This document shows positions 46,501 to 55,400 of a DNA stretch of 64,000 nt, piece after piece (the first letter of the stretch is position 1; every line of letters starts with the position of its first letter). Under the pieces are notes generated by a model that was given only the letters and a program-made list of their open reading frames with translations, was not told where the DNA came from and ran no database searches. The stretch is from an uncultured Planctomycetota bacterium. Lineage in GTDB: Bacteria > Planctomycetota > Planctomycetia > Isosphaerales > Isosphaeraceae. Made by a program: the position numbers and the translations under genes. Location of the stretch: NCBI GenBank assembly GCA_963823665.1, contig CAWGMQ010000005.1, positions 1 to 64,000 on the forward strand. Direction: 5' to 3'.

Positions 46501-49029
46501 TCCTGGCTGATGGACACGACCCCGCCCACAAGCATGGTCAACTCGCTACCGGCCGAGACCACATCCACGAGCTTTAACGTGTCGGTGACCAGCAATGACC
46601 CGACCGGGTCGAACGCGAGCACACCCTCGGGCGTCGCTTCCATCGCGATCTACGACTCGGAAGACGGCAGGGCGTACACGCGGTTTGCAACGGTCACGCA
46701 GGCAAGTTCCGCTGCTCTCTTCACGGGCCAGGCCGGCCACACTTACGCGTTCTACAGCATCGCGACCGACAACGCGGGCAACGTCCAGGCCACGCCGGTG
46801 ACGGCACAGGAAACCGTGCAGATCCTCCAACCTGTGGCCGCAACCTCGATCGCCGCGGTCTCTCCCAACACGCGGAATACACCGGTCTCGACCGTCGCTG
46901 TCACGTTCAGCATACCGGTCAATCCCAGCACGTTCAGTGCCAGCACGCTCACCCTGACCGACAACGGCAACGCAGTTGCGATCACCAGCGCCGTAAGTCT
47001 CAGCCTCGTCTCGGGCAGCACATATGACATCAATGGCCTGGCTGGGCTGACCGCGGCCGAAGGGTCCTACAGACTGACGGTCAATGCATCGGCGATCGAC
47101 GACACATACGGCAACGCCGGCACTGGCTCGCTGTCGAACTCTTGGCTGATGGACACGACCTCGCCCACAAGCACGGTCAACTCGCTGCCGCCCGAGACCA
47201 CATCCACGAGCTTTAACGTGTCGGTGACCAGCAATGACCCAACTGGGTCGAACGCGAGCACACCCTCGGGCGTCGCTTCCATCGCGATCTACGACTCGGA
47301 GGACGGCGGGTCGTACTCACTGTTCACGACCGTGACACCCGCAAGTCCCTCCGCTCTCTTCACCGGCCAGGCCGGCCACACCTACGGGTTCTTCAGCATC
47401 GCGACCGACAACGCGGGCAACGTCCAACCGACGCCGACCGCAGCCGAGCAAACCGTCCAGATCATCTCGCCGCTGAGTATCACGTCGATCGCGTCAGTCT
47501 CACCCAATCCCAGGAACACCGCCGTATCCAGCATCGACGTCACGTTCAGCGAACCGATCAAGCTCAGCACATTTACTGATTCCAGCGTCACGCTCACCGA
47601 CAACAGCGGCGGAAACCTCATCACGAGCGTGGTCACGTTTGCGTCCGTCTCGGGCTCGACCTACCAGATCAACGGCCTCAGCAGCCTCACCGCGAACAAT
47701 GGTAATTACACCTTAAGCGTGAACGCCGCGGGCATCGACGACCAGAACGGTAACCCGGGCTCGGGCAGCCTGTCGACCTCGTGGCTGATGGACACAACGC
47801 CCCCCACAAGCACGGTCAATTTGCTCCCGAAACAGGGCACGAGCCTCACGTTCGCGGTCACCGTCACTGGCTCGGACGACGGCTCGCCCGCTTCGGGCGT
47901 GAAGTCGTATAACATCTACTCAAGCACCAACGCCGGCGCCTGGTCCCTGTGGACGACCGTTCCGGCCTCCAACCCAACGGCCAACTTCACGGGCCAGAGC
48001 AGCACGACCTATGCCTTTTACAGCACGGCGACTGACAACGCCGGAAATACCCAGGCTTACAATCCGCTGATTGAGGCCAGTACCTATCTGCCAGACCTGA
48101 TCCCGCCGGTCACCGTGGTCGACGGCACGACCGGCACCAACCCGAGCACGGTCTGTACCGCGACCGGCACGTTCACGCTCAACCTCACCGGGACCGATCC
48201 CGGCGGCGGTGTCTTGACCTATTTCGAGGTCTTCGCGTCCGTCGATTCTGGACCTTATGAAATCGTCGGACCGGCGATTCCCGCGGGACCGGCCAATAGC
48301 GCGGGGATTGTCCAGGCGACCATTCCGTACCAGGGCATCACGGACGGCGCCCAGCACACCTACGCGTTTTACAGCATCGGGCTGGACAGCGGGGGCCATC
48401 CGCAAGCGGCACCAGCGACTGCCAATCTGACGCTTACAGAGACATTCGCGACGCCGACGCAGCTCCAGACGACGGCCTTGATCGTCGAGGACGGAGCGGT
48501 CGAGCGGTCGTTTATCCGTTACCTGCAAGTCGACTTCAACGAGTCAGACAGCCAGTCCGGCGGCGAGCTCACCCAGATCGTCAATTCACTGAAGACCGCA
48601 TCGCCCGAGATCCAACTCTATCAGTATGACTTGAACGACGACGCGTCGAGCAAGACAGCCGTCTCGCTCTCGGGAGTCACTGCCCTGGTGATCGACCACG
48701 CGATCGAGCTCGACTTCGGTGCGAACGGCCTGGGCGGCAGCCCCACGACCACGGCCGCCGACGGCTATTACGAGATCGATATCAAGCTTCCGAGTGGCAC
48801 GACCGACGTGCACAACTTCTACCGGCTGCTCGGCGACGTCACCGGTGATGGAACGGTGGACGAGAACGACCTGAATGAAATCGCCGCTGAAATCAATCTG
48901 TCAAACGCGGCAGGGTTCGCGCCCCTGGGCGCGGACGTGACCGGCGAGGGCACCATAACAGCGCTCGACCTGACGCTGGCGACCAGGGCGAAGGGGCACA
49001 AACTGAAGTCGGACCTCTCGCTTGGGTGA
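40411..49029 (+). CDS. Giant protein segment 3 (PKD, Fn3/Ig-like, Big_3-type, cohesin-like, 213-aa tandem repeats, C-terminal dockerin)
   Basis: In-frame sequence extends upstream to ~40289 (VAGTPSLAIVAAGHTYADVGTY). Dockerin GDVTGDGTVDENDL..ADVTGEGTITALD. Confidence 0.9.
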   Translation: MTVANAPPTFVAVPPASQQIDQGGTVTLSATFEDLGLLDTHTATIDWGDGTSVTINDSSTFVNAQGQTVPDLTEPTASSPGTITIAHLYDDSSAYSQDQPIPLQATLTVADDHGGTVSDAFQVTVLDLTAPSSSVASLPQYTTTPDFTVSWSGTDNAGGSGIASYDVYASVNGGAYTLWQANTTATSATYPGQPNSSYAFYSVATDEAGNMQATPAAAQSSTTVVLSPPTSSVAALPATTINTTFPVSWSGSGSPGLAHFDVYVSDNGGPFAPFVTDTTATSAEFTGQVGHTYGFYSLATDTLGHTQTTPAGAQASTAVVAPVAITANDPSVPLGQPISFQVTVTGGAGQVTPTGEVTLEADGLVLSDTGLSDGVANFADISSLELGVGTTTVTVLYAGDGVYPAASASTIQIVTEAVTKTTLASSDSTVAYGSSIVFTATVSTGIAGLNATGSVTFFDDGVSFGTSAVVDGVATVWVGCLTAGGHSITAAFNDPSGTFQGSTAAAVTQLVTFPGTPADGDVSLYVPTDFLAQPGSTVTIPVDLMVTDPNALAAGLGGFTVPIAYDPTILSNPTVTLGSYLSTPLNVTADSAPFVLTADTSTAGEVILSAASNLGTLPIPADTLVEIGEITFTVSSGAPKNPTVLNVQQSSGSTELEVWDAKGDSVALAPSVTNLPTDAIDGVLWIGQETPLVVWPAPTAITYGTALGAAELDALASVAGTFTYTPALGTVLSPGNDQSLSVSFTPDDTTDYTTASMTVPLDVLQANTALGGLTASQAIWNGTASINLGGTITSNSDLTAPGDVSVTVDGITQTAAIEPGGSFSTTFNTQAIPASAAPYTITYTYAGNTDFTAVSDESTSLTVIAAAITPVSPNPTNTPVSSVTVTLADSITTTALTAADLSLTDDGGPNLVNGVISLYSTSSDTYVITSLSGLNPSDGLYTLTLNGAGLTDQAGTPISGTLSTSWLLDTTPPTSTVSSLPEQTTSTSFTVPVTSNDPTGPNGSTPSGVASIAIYDSEDSGPYTLFATVTPANPSALFTGQAGHIYGFYSIATDNAGNVQATPPGAEQTIAILQPLSVTSISAVVPDPRNLDVSSLNVDLSLAVAPGGFDWQALTLTDNGGPNLITSAVGSKELAMGNTYVITELSGLTQAEGEYTLTVNAADITDQYGNPGSGTMSVMWLMDTTTPTSTVNSLPAQTASTSFNVSVTSSDPTGSNGSTPSGVASIAIYDSEDGGAYSLFTTVTPASSSALFTGQAGHSYGFYSVATDNAGNVQATPTAAQQTVQILSNVFVTSIAAVSPNPRNTPVSTVAVTFSTPVNPSTFSASTLTLTDNGNAVAITSAVSLSLVSGNTYDIDGLAGFTTAEGAYNLTVNASAINDTYGNAGTGSLSTSWLMDITPPTSTVSSLPAETTSTSFNVAVTSNDPTGSNGSTPSGVASIAIYDSEDGGAYTRFATVTQASPAALFTGQAGHTYGFYSIATDSAGNVQATPATAQETVQILQPVFVTSIAAVTPNPRNRPVSTVAVTFSIPVNPSTFSASALTLTDNSNPVAITSPVSLSLVSGNTYDIDGLAGFTTAEGAYNLTVNASGIEDTYGNAGTGSLSTSWLMDTTPPTSTVSSLPAETTSTNFNVSVTSNDPTGSNASTPSGVASIAIYDSDDGGVYTRFATVTQASSAALFTGQAGHTYGFYSVATDGAGNRQATPATAQETVQILQPVAVTSIAAVSPNTRNTPVSTVAVTFSIPVNPSTFSASTLTLTDNGNAVAITSAVSLSLVSGNAYDINGLVGLTTAEGNYSLTVNASAIDDTYGNAGTGSMSTSWLMDTTPPTSTVTSLPPETTSTSFNVSVTSSDPTGSNESTPSGVASISIFDSEDGGAYTRFATVTQASSAAFFTGQAGHTYGFYSIATDNAGNVQATPVTAQETVQILQPVAVTSIAAVSPNMRNTPVSTVAVTFSIPVNPSTFSASTLTLTDNGNAVAITSAVSLSLVSGSTYDINGLAGLTTAEGTYNLTVNASGIEDTYGNLGTGSVSTSWLMDTTPPTSMVNSLPAETTSTSFNVSVTSNDPTGSNASTPSGVASIAIYDSEDGRAYTRFATVTQASSAALFTGQAGHTYAFYSIATDNAGNVQATPVTAQETVQILQPVAATSIAAVSPNTRNTPVSTVAVTFSIPVNPSTFSASTLTLTDNGNAVAITSAVSLSLVSGSTYDINGLAGLTAAEGSYRLTVNASAIDDTYGNAGTGSLSNSWLMDTTSPTSTVNSLPPETTSTSFNVSVTSNDPTGSNASTPSGVASIAIYDSEDGGSYSLFTTVTPASPSALFTGQAGHTYGFFSIATDNAGNVQPTPTAAEQTVQIISPLSITSIASVSPNPRNTAVSSIDVTFSEPIKLSTFTDSSVTLTDNSGGNLITSVVTFASVSGSTYQINGLSSLTANNGNYTLSVNAAGIDDQNGNPGSGSLSTSWLMDTTPPTSTVNLLPKQGTSLTFAVTVTGSDDGSPASGVKSYNIYSSTNAGAWSLWTTVPASNPTANFTGQSSTTYAFYSTATDNAGNTQAYNPLIEASTYLPDLIPPVTVVDGTTGTNPSTVCTATGTFTLNLTGTDPGGGVLTYFEVFASVDSGPYEIVGPAIPAGPANSAGIVQATIPYQGITDGAQHTYAFYSIGLDSGGHPQAAPATANLTLTETFATPTQLQTTALIVEDGAVERSFIRYLQVDFNESDSQSGGELTQIVNSLKTASPEIQLYQYDLNDDASSKTAVSLSGVTALVIDHAIELDFGANGLGGSPTTTAADGYYEIDIKLPSGTTDVHNFYRLLGDVTGDGTVDENDLNEIAAEINLSNAAGFAPLGADVTGEGTITALDLTLATRAKGHKLKSDLSLG
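43000..48050 (+). repeat. Tandem array of ~639-bp (213-aa) repeats, about 8 units
   Basis: WL(M/L)DTTPPTSTV recurs at ~43310, 43950, 44590, 45230, 45870, 46505, 47145 and 47785. The shadow ORFs recur with an exact 639-nt period. Confidence 0.95.
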
Positions 49030-49154
49030 TCGAAGTCAGGGCGCGATCGCAGGGATTTCTGCATGACTGAGGAGCCTCAGGGCGAATTAGCGGCCCAGCA
49101 GGCGGCCTCTAACTCAGTTGCCGGGGATCTGCGCTACCTCGATCACGTCGTAGA

Positions 49155-49412
49155 CTACAAAGTAGCCGGCGCCTTCGTCGTTTTCCGGCAATCGGATCGC
49201 GTGGATGCGAACGCGGAATAATCCCTTCCACCGATTGGTTGCGGGTAGATTGCTATTACTTTCCGCTTCAGTTCATCGGACCAACCGGGAAGATGAACGC
49301 TGTAGACGATGTGGCGGATCGCTTTCAAAAGGACCGGTTCGTAGTGCTGGTCAAACGGTTCGCCAATTGGCGCGATCACAAAACAACGTGACCGATCGTT
49401 ATCGTCCGACAT
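49155..49412 (-). pseudogene. Probable remnant of a nucleoside-2-deoxyribosyltransferase-like protein
   Basis: N-terminus RCFVIAPIGEPFDQHYEPVLLKAI is typical of that family; the remainder degenerates. Confidence 0.45.
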
Positions 49413-49629
49413 ATGGTGATACTCTGCGATATTTCGCGGTGTGGTTCCTGGAACGCTAAATCACCGACGCCCCCACCGGCGCCTCGATGCGGGGCGGACG
49501 GACCTCAAGCTTTGGGTTCTCGATCGTACGACGCCCGCGGTCGGTTTAACGCTCACGTGATTCCCAATCATAATCTGGACTCTTGCAACAATCACCTTAT
49601 GGCCATCCTCCGGTCAGTAAGCTTTGACC

Positions 49630-49659
49630 TTGACAAGGATAGTGTACTTTTTTACACTA
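49630..49659 (+). promoter_or_regulatory. Sigma-70-like promoter with overlapping palindromic operator
   Basis: TTGACA-N17-TACACT; inverted repeat TAGTGTA-N6-TACACTA (49640-49659). Confidence 0.65.
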
Positions 49660-49719
49660 CAACTGAAAGCGGAGGTTCATCGGCAAGGTTTGCGGCGGAG
49701 AAATCAGGAGATTTGAGAA

Positions 49720-50070
49720 ATGAATGACTGTGCCACTCTTTTGATGCGTCGGTTCAATCCGGGGGTATACGAAATTCGAACGCTCGCCGACGCACCCGTT
49801 TGGGCGGGGCTTGTGAAGACAGAAGAGGCGATCTTCGGCCGTGTTCACGCACTACCAGCGGGCGTCTACCGGGCTTATCGCGAGGATCCCCGAGTCAACG
49901 GCGAGCGTGACTCCGAGTTGTGGGGCGAATTGGTAAACGACGGGAACGGGTGCGTGACGAAGGCCGAGCTTGAACCTTCCGACGTGATGGAAAGGACGGT
50001 CCAGACTCCCGGCTGGCCGTCGACCCGCAATTTTTTTTGCAAGGTTTCCGAACGACGTGCGTACCGTTAA
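49720..50070 (+). CDS. Hypothetical protein
   Basis: CAGGAG RBS and promoter upstream; 116 aa with no recognised motif. Confidence 0.55.
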   Translation: MNDCATLLMRRFNPGVYEIRTLADAPVWAGLVKTEEAIFGRVHALPAGVYRAYREDPRVNGERDSELWGELVNDGNGCVTKAELEPSDVMERTVQTPGWPSTRNFFCKVSERRAYR

Positions 50071-50261
50071 TCAGGAAGCGGGTAGGAGCGCGATGAGATT
50101 GCGGCGTCGCTACCGTGAAGGGCCGAGGGGAACCAAACGCGGGAACACCCATGGTGAAACGAGTTAGCTGCTGGCCCCGCTCCACGGGGCCGGATATCCT
50201 GCGGCGGGAACGAGCAACCGGGGGCGGTCATCAGCCGCCCGTCAACGCCGGACAGCATCAC

Positions 50262-50876
50262 ATGACAAGCGCTGACACCCGAGTTTCGCTGATCGTCGGG
50301 GTTTGCCAGCAGGACCCCGATCGGTGGCGTGAATTCGACGCCATCTATCGGCCGATGCTCCTGGCCTATCTGAACAAGCGAGGCGTGGCCCAGTCTGATG
50401 CTGGGGATATCGTCCAGGACATCTTCGTGAAACTTCTCACCAAGATCCACACCTACGACCGAAGCCGGCAAAAGTTCCGGAGCTGGCTCTTCAGCGTGGC
50501 TCAAAACACCCTGATCGACCGGGCCCGCCGTCGGGCCGCGTACCAGAGGGCCCTTGATGGATGGGTCGTCCATGTGCTGAGGGCCACCCCTTCGGATAGC
50601 CACCAGATGGCCGAGGATTGGGTCAAGATCCACCGCGAAAAGATCCTCGAGCACGCCCTCAAGACAGTGCGCGCTCATGTTAGCTCCAAGTCATGGGCCT
50701 GCTTCGAGCAGCGTCTGCTCAAAAATCGCTCCGCGGTCGACATCGGCGCGGAGTTGAAGATCGCGCCCAGCGCTGTCCACGTGAACGCCTGCCGCGTCCT
50801 GAAGCAAGTTCGCGTTGTCTGCAATGAATTTGACGAGGATATCGGCCATGCTTTCGACGGCGACGTGTCCGGATGA
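50262..50876 (+). CDS. ECF sigma-70 factor (kinase-associated type)
   Basis: DTRVSLI..WREFDAIY..DIVQDIF..KFRSWL..region 4. Confidence 0.9.
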   Translation: MTSADTRVSLIVGVCQQDPDRWREFDAIYRPMLLAYLNKRGVAQSDAGDIVQDIFVKLLTKIHTYDRSRQKFRSWLFSVAQNTLIDRARRRAAYQRALDGWVVHVLRATPSDSHQMAEDWVKIHREKILEHALKTVRAHVSSKSWACFEQRLLKNRSAVDIGAELKIAPSAVHVNACRVLKQVRVVCNEFDEDIGHAFDGDVSG

Positions 50877-50945
50877 ATCGGAGATGCTAGCGGTCGCCGC
50901 CGGTGAGCCCGCCTCGGCGGAGCTGCAACTGCACCTCGCCGATTG
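50848..50945 (+). pseudogene. N-terminal stub of a deleted Ser/Thr kinase partner
   Basis: MLSTATCPDESEMLAVAAGEPASAELQLHLAD overlaps the ECF stop and resembles kinase zinc-finger N-termini (compare 13383), then breaks off. Confidence 0.6.
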
Positions 50946-51164
50946 GAGTGTTCGAGGGGACTTCGGCGCGTTTGGATGCCCGTGTGTTACTGCGATGCGC
51001 AACAAAAGCCACCGCGAGAGGGACGTTGATTGCGCGTGCCGTGTCGGACGTGGTCGCTGGCCAGCGGGGTGTCTCGGCGATTATCATCGTTTCGATCACA
51101 CGACAAGTACAATAAACCCGTCTGGACACCGACGATTAACTCCTCGCGTTGGTGGAGTCGCCGT

Positions 51165-52355
51165 ATGCAGGGAACATTTCTCGCCGAATGGATATCGCTG
51201 TTCTTGCTCTTCCAGGGCGGCGCCGATCCCGCGCCGTCGCAAGTGGCCAACGAGTCTCTCGTTCGTCAGGCGGAACAGGCCATTCGACGCGGCTACTGGG
51301 TTTCTGTCGAAAAGCTGCCGTTTGAAGCGTTTCTGCAGGGGCGGCGGTACAAGAACAAGGCGGTCGCCTATGACGCGATTCGAGGGTTGTTGAGCCTTTT
51401 GAATGATCCCACGACGCGGCTGCTCACGGCTGCGCAAGCCGAGGCACTGCTTGCGGACCTGGGCAGCGAAGGAGCCTCGACCCTCGGCCTCACGGAGGTG
51501 TTGCGACTCGACGTTGACCTGCGCTCGCACGCGATCACTGTGATCTCGCCGGTGCCCGGCTCGCCCGCCGCCGAAGCGGGGTTGCGATCGGGCGACGTCC
51601 TCGAGGCCGTCGACGGCATCTCGACCGACGGGCTGATGATCCACGAAGTGACCTCGCTGTTTCGCCGAAGTTCGAACGACACGGTCGCGCTCCGAATCAA
51701 ACGAGGGCACGCGCTTTTCCACTTGAAACTCGACCGCAAGATGAAGTGGTCGCCGCCGGCTGCGGCGAGCTACCGCAGGATCGACACGAAAGACGGGCCG
51801 GCCGGACTGCTGGCGATCACGAGCTTCACCGGAGACGCGGCCGAACAGACTCGCTTGGCGGCAGAGAAGTTCAAGGAGTGGGGCATTCGCGCGCTGGTGA
51901 TCGATCTTCGAGGCAACCCACGCGGACGGCTCGATGTTCTGGCGCGCATCTTGGGGCTGTTCCTGGGAGAGGTCGAGGCCGCGAAGATTGTCGACGCACA
52001 AGGGAAGGAGCGGATGGTCGTGAAGTCGACCGGAGAGCGAATCGTCCCGAAGGTTCCGCTTGCTGTTCTCGTCGACCATGGAACGGCGAGCGCGGCCGAG
52101 GTGTTTGCCGCGATCCTCAAGGAGCAAGCCGGCGCCACGATCGTCGGAAGCCAAACTCTGGGCAAAACCCTCGCCCATAACCTCGAACTGCTCGCCGATC
52201 GATCGGGCGTCTTTTTCACGATGGGCGAGCTGACAACGAGCCACGGCACCTCGCTCCTTCGCGTGGGTTTGCCGCCCGATGAGGCGACGGATGAGAACGC
52301 CGCTCCCGATCGCACAGTCGAGAAGGCGATCGAGATCATCCGGCGCAGGTCATGA
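51165..52355 (+). CDS. S41-family C-terminal processing protease (PDZ + protease)
   Basis: SPVPGSPAAEAGLRSGD (PDZ), IDLRGNP, VLVDHGTASAAE, QTLGK. Confidence 0.85.
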   Translation: MQGTFLAEWISLFLLFQGGADPAPSQVANESLVRQAEQAIRRGYWVSVEKLPFEAFLQGRRYKNKAVAYDAIRGLLSLLNDPTTRLLTAAQAEALLADLGSEGASTLGLTEVLRLDVDLRSHAITVISPVPGSPAAEAGLRSGDVLEAVDGISTDGLMIHEVTSLFRRSSNDTVALRIKRGHALFHLKLDRKMKWSPPAAASYRRIDTKDGPAGLLAITSFTGDAAEQTRLAAEKFKEWGIRALVIDLRGNPRGRLDVLARILGLFLGEVEAAKIVDAQGKERMVVKSTGERIVPKVPLAVLVDHGTASAAEVFAAILKEQAGATIVGSQTLGKTLAHNLELLADRSGVFFTMGELTTSHGTSLLRVGLPPDEATDENAAPDRTVEKAIEIIRRRS

Positions 52356-52419
52356 CATGACAGCATATGAGAGCCCACCAGGTTTGACCCCGCCAGACGC
52401 CGAGATGATGCGAGGCGCC

Positions 52420-55400
52420 ATGAAAAGACCAAATCCGTCGTGGCTGATCTTGATCGTTCTGGTCGTGATGCGTGCGCAGCAGAAAACGGCCGCGGCGGAT
52501 GACTTTCCCCTGCCGCGGAATACCGAGGCCGCTGCCGGCGCACCAATGTCGGCCCGCGACGCGGCTGCGGGATTTCGCGTGCCGAAGGGATTTCATGTTT
52601 CTGTCTTCGCCGCCGAGCCCGACGTGCGCAATCCGATCGCCATGGCCTGGGACGGGCGCGGGCGGCTGTGGATCGCCGAGAATTACACGTATGCCGAGCG
52701 CGCGCAGCGATTTGATCTCAGGCAGCGCGACCGCGTGCTGATCTTCGAAGACGCGGACGCCGACGGACGGTTTGACCGGCGCACCGTGTTCACTGACGAC
52801 GTGCAGATGCTTGCCAGTGTCGAGCTTGGCCTGGGAGGCGTCTGGTTGTTGTGCCCGCCGCGATTGTTGTTCGTGCCCGACCGCAATCGCGACGATCGAC
52901 CTGACGGACCGGCCGAGGTTGTGCTTGACGGTTTCTCCGTTCCGGCCGAGAACTATCACACATTCGCCAACGGACTGAAGTGGGGGCCGGACGGGTGGCT
53001 TTACGGGCGCTGCGGTGCATCGTCGGCGGGGCAGATTGGGCCGCCGGGCACTCCGGAGGATTTGCGCGTCCCCATTCGCGGCGGTCTGTGGCGGTATCAT
53101 CCGCACCACAAGCGGTTCGAGGCACTCGCCCACGGCACGACCAACCCTTGGGGGCACGACTGGAACGCACTTGGCGAGCTTTTCTTCATCAATACGGTCA
53201 ACGGGCATCTCTGGCACATGGTTCCCGGGGCGCACTTCGTTCGGCCGCACACGGTGGATCCCAATCCGCGAGCGTATGCACAGATCGATCAGCATGCCGA
53301 TCACTGGCACTGGGACCATTCGAAGGAATTGATCCTGGGGGCGCCGGGGGCCGGTGACAGCGAGCGAGGCGGCGGCCACGCGCACAGCGGCGTTTCGATC
53401 TACCTGGGCGACCAGTGGCCGGCGGCTTATCGCGGGCGGCTGTTGACGCTGAATTTCCACGGGCGGCGTGTGAACGTGGAGCGGCTTGAACGCTCGGGCA
53501 GCGGATATGTCGGGCGGCATGAACCGGATATGCTGCTGGCCGAGGATCGATGGTTTCGCGGCATCGACTTGAGCTACGGCCCCGACGGGGGCGTGTTCAT
53601 CCTTGACTGGAGCGACACCGGCGATTGCCACGACCACGACGGCGTGCACCGCGACTCGGGCAGGATTTACAAGGTTACCTTTGGTGATCCGGCGCGAAAG
53701 GCGGCGGTCGATGTGTCGAAGCTCGCCGAAAGCGAGCTCGCCGCCCTGCACCGCCATTCGAATGAGTGGTTCGTTCGCCAGGCCCGACGCGAGTTGGCCG
53801 CGCGATCGGCACGCGGCGAGGCGCTGGTTGATGCGCGAGCGGGGCTCGCGGAGCTGCTCCGCAGCGGGGCCGACCCGGTTCTGAAGCTTCGGGCACTTTG
53901 GTCCCTCTACGTGATCGGGGACGTCGACCGCGATGTCCTCTTTACTTTGCTCGATCACGAGCACGAGTCGATTCGTGCGTGGGCCATCCGCTTGCTCACT
54001 GACCGGTTTCCGATCGACAGCATTTTCAGCCGCAGAATCGGAGCGGACGTGGAAACACCGGCGGATCTGCTTGCGAAGCTCACGCGGATGGCTCGCGATG
54101 ATGGATCAGGCCTGGTGCGGCTGGTGCTGGCCTCGACGATGCAACGATTGCCCGTGAAGCGCCGGGGCGATCTCGCTCGCGCGCTGCTGTCGCACGCCGA
54201 GGACAATTCCGACCATAACCTGCCGCCGCTCATCTGGACGGGGCTAATTCCGATGGCCGACTCCGACGCGGATGCGGGCGAGCTTGCCTCGCTGGCATCT
54301 GATTGCCGGCAGAGTGCTGTGGTCCGGTTGATTGCTCGACGGCTGGGGGAGGAAATCGATTCGCGTCCCGCGCCTCTGGACGCGCTGCTGGAGGCGACCG
54401 CCAACCGACCGCGTGAATTTCGTTCCGAGGTGGTTGGTGGGCTTGTCGACGCCCTGGCTGGAATTCGCAAGGCCAAGAAGCCTGCGGGCTGGGATGGGTT
54501 TCAAGCCAGGCTGGACACGAAGGGCGACTCGCGCCTGGCAGAGCGCGTGCGGGAGCTCAATGTGCTCTTTGGCGATGGGCGGGCGCTGAGCGAAGTCAAA
54601 CGGCTGGCGCTTGATAAGCACGCCGATCTCGAGACCCGAAGAACGGCGCTTCGCACACTAATCGACAACCGGCCCGGCGACTTGCGGGCGATCTGTGAGC
54701 GGCTCGTCGCGGAGCGCTATTTGAACGTCGTGGCGGTCCGTGGACTCGCCCTCTTTGACGATCCGGAGATCGGCAAGTCACTGGCGAGGAACTACCGCGC
54801 GTTCCATCCCAGTGATCGGCCGGTCGCGCTCGAGGTGCTGGTTTCGCGTCCGAGCTTTGCGCGGGCATTGCTAGAGCAGATCGCGACGGGGCGAATTCCG
54901 CGGAGCGATCTGACTGCGTTCCATGCCCGCCAGATTCAGAGCCTGGGTGATAACGCATTGAGCGCGCTGCTCGGGTCAGTGTGGGGCGAGATCCGCAATT
55001 CGGAATCGGCCCGGCGGGTGCGGATCAATCAGCTCAAGCAGGCGCTCGATCAACGCGCGCTTGGCCAGGCTGATCTCGGCCGCGGGCGGGCGGTCTATGA
55101 GCGGGTCTGCGCCACGTGCCACAAGCTGCATGGCGGCGGGGGCGAGATCGGACCTGATCTGACTGGCTCGGGCCGTGACAATCTGGATTACCTGCTCGAG
55201 AACATCGTGGATCCGGGTGCGACGGTGAGCGCCGATTTCCGGATGGTGGTTGCGGCGATGCGCGACGGCCGCGTCTTGAATGGTCTTGTCCGGGCGCAGA
55301 CTCCACGCACGGTCACGCTGCAAACGCAGAGCGAAGCGCTGATCCTGGAGCGTTCCGAGATCGAGGCTCTGCGGCCGTCGTCCGCGTCGCTCATGCCGGA

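Noticed and set aside
50815..51393. 192-aa Cys-containing ORF as a real gene
   Set aside because: Only its first part resembles a kinase stub; the rest overlaps the S41 gene out of frame.
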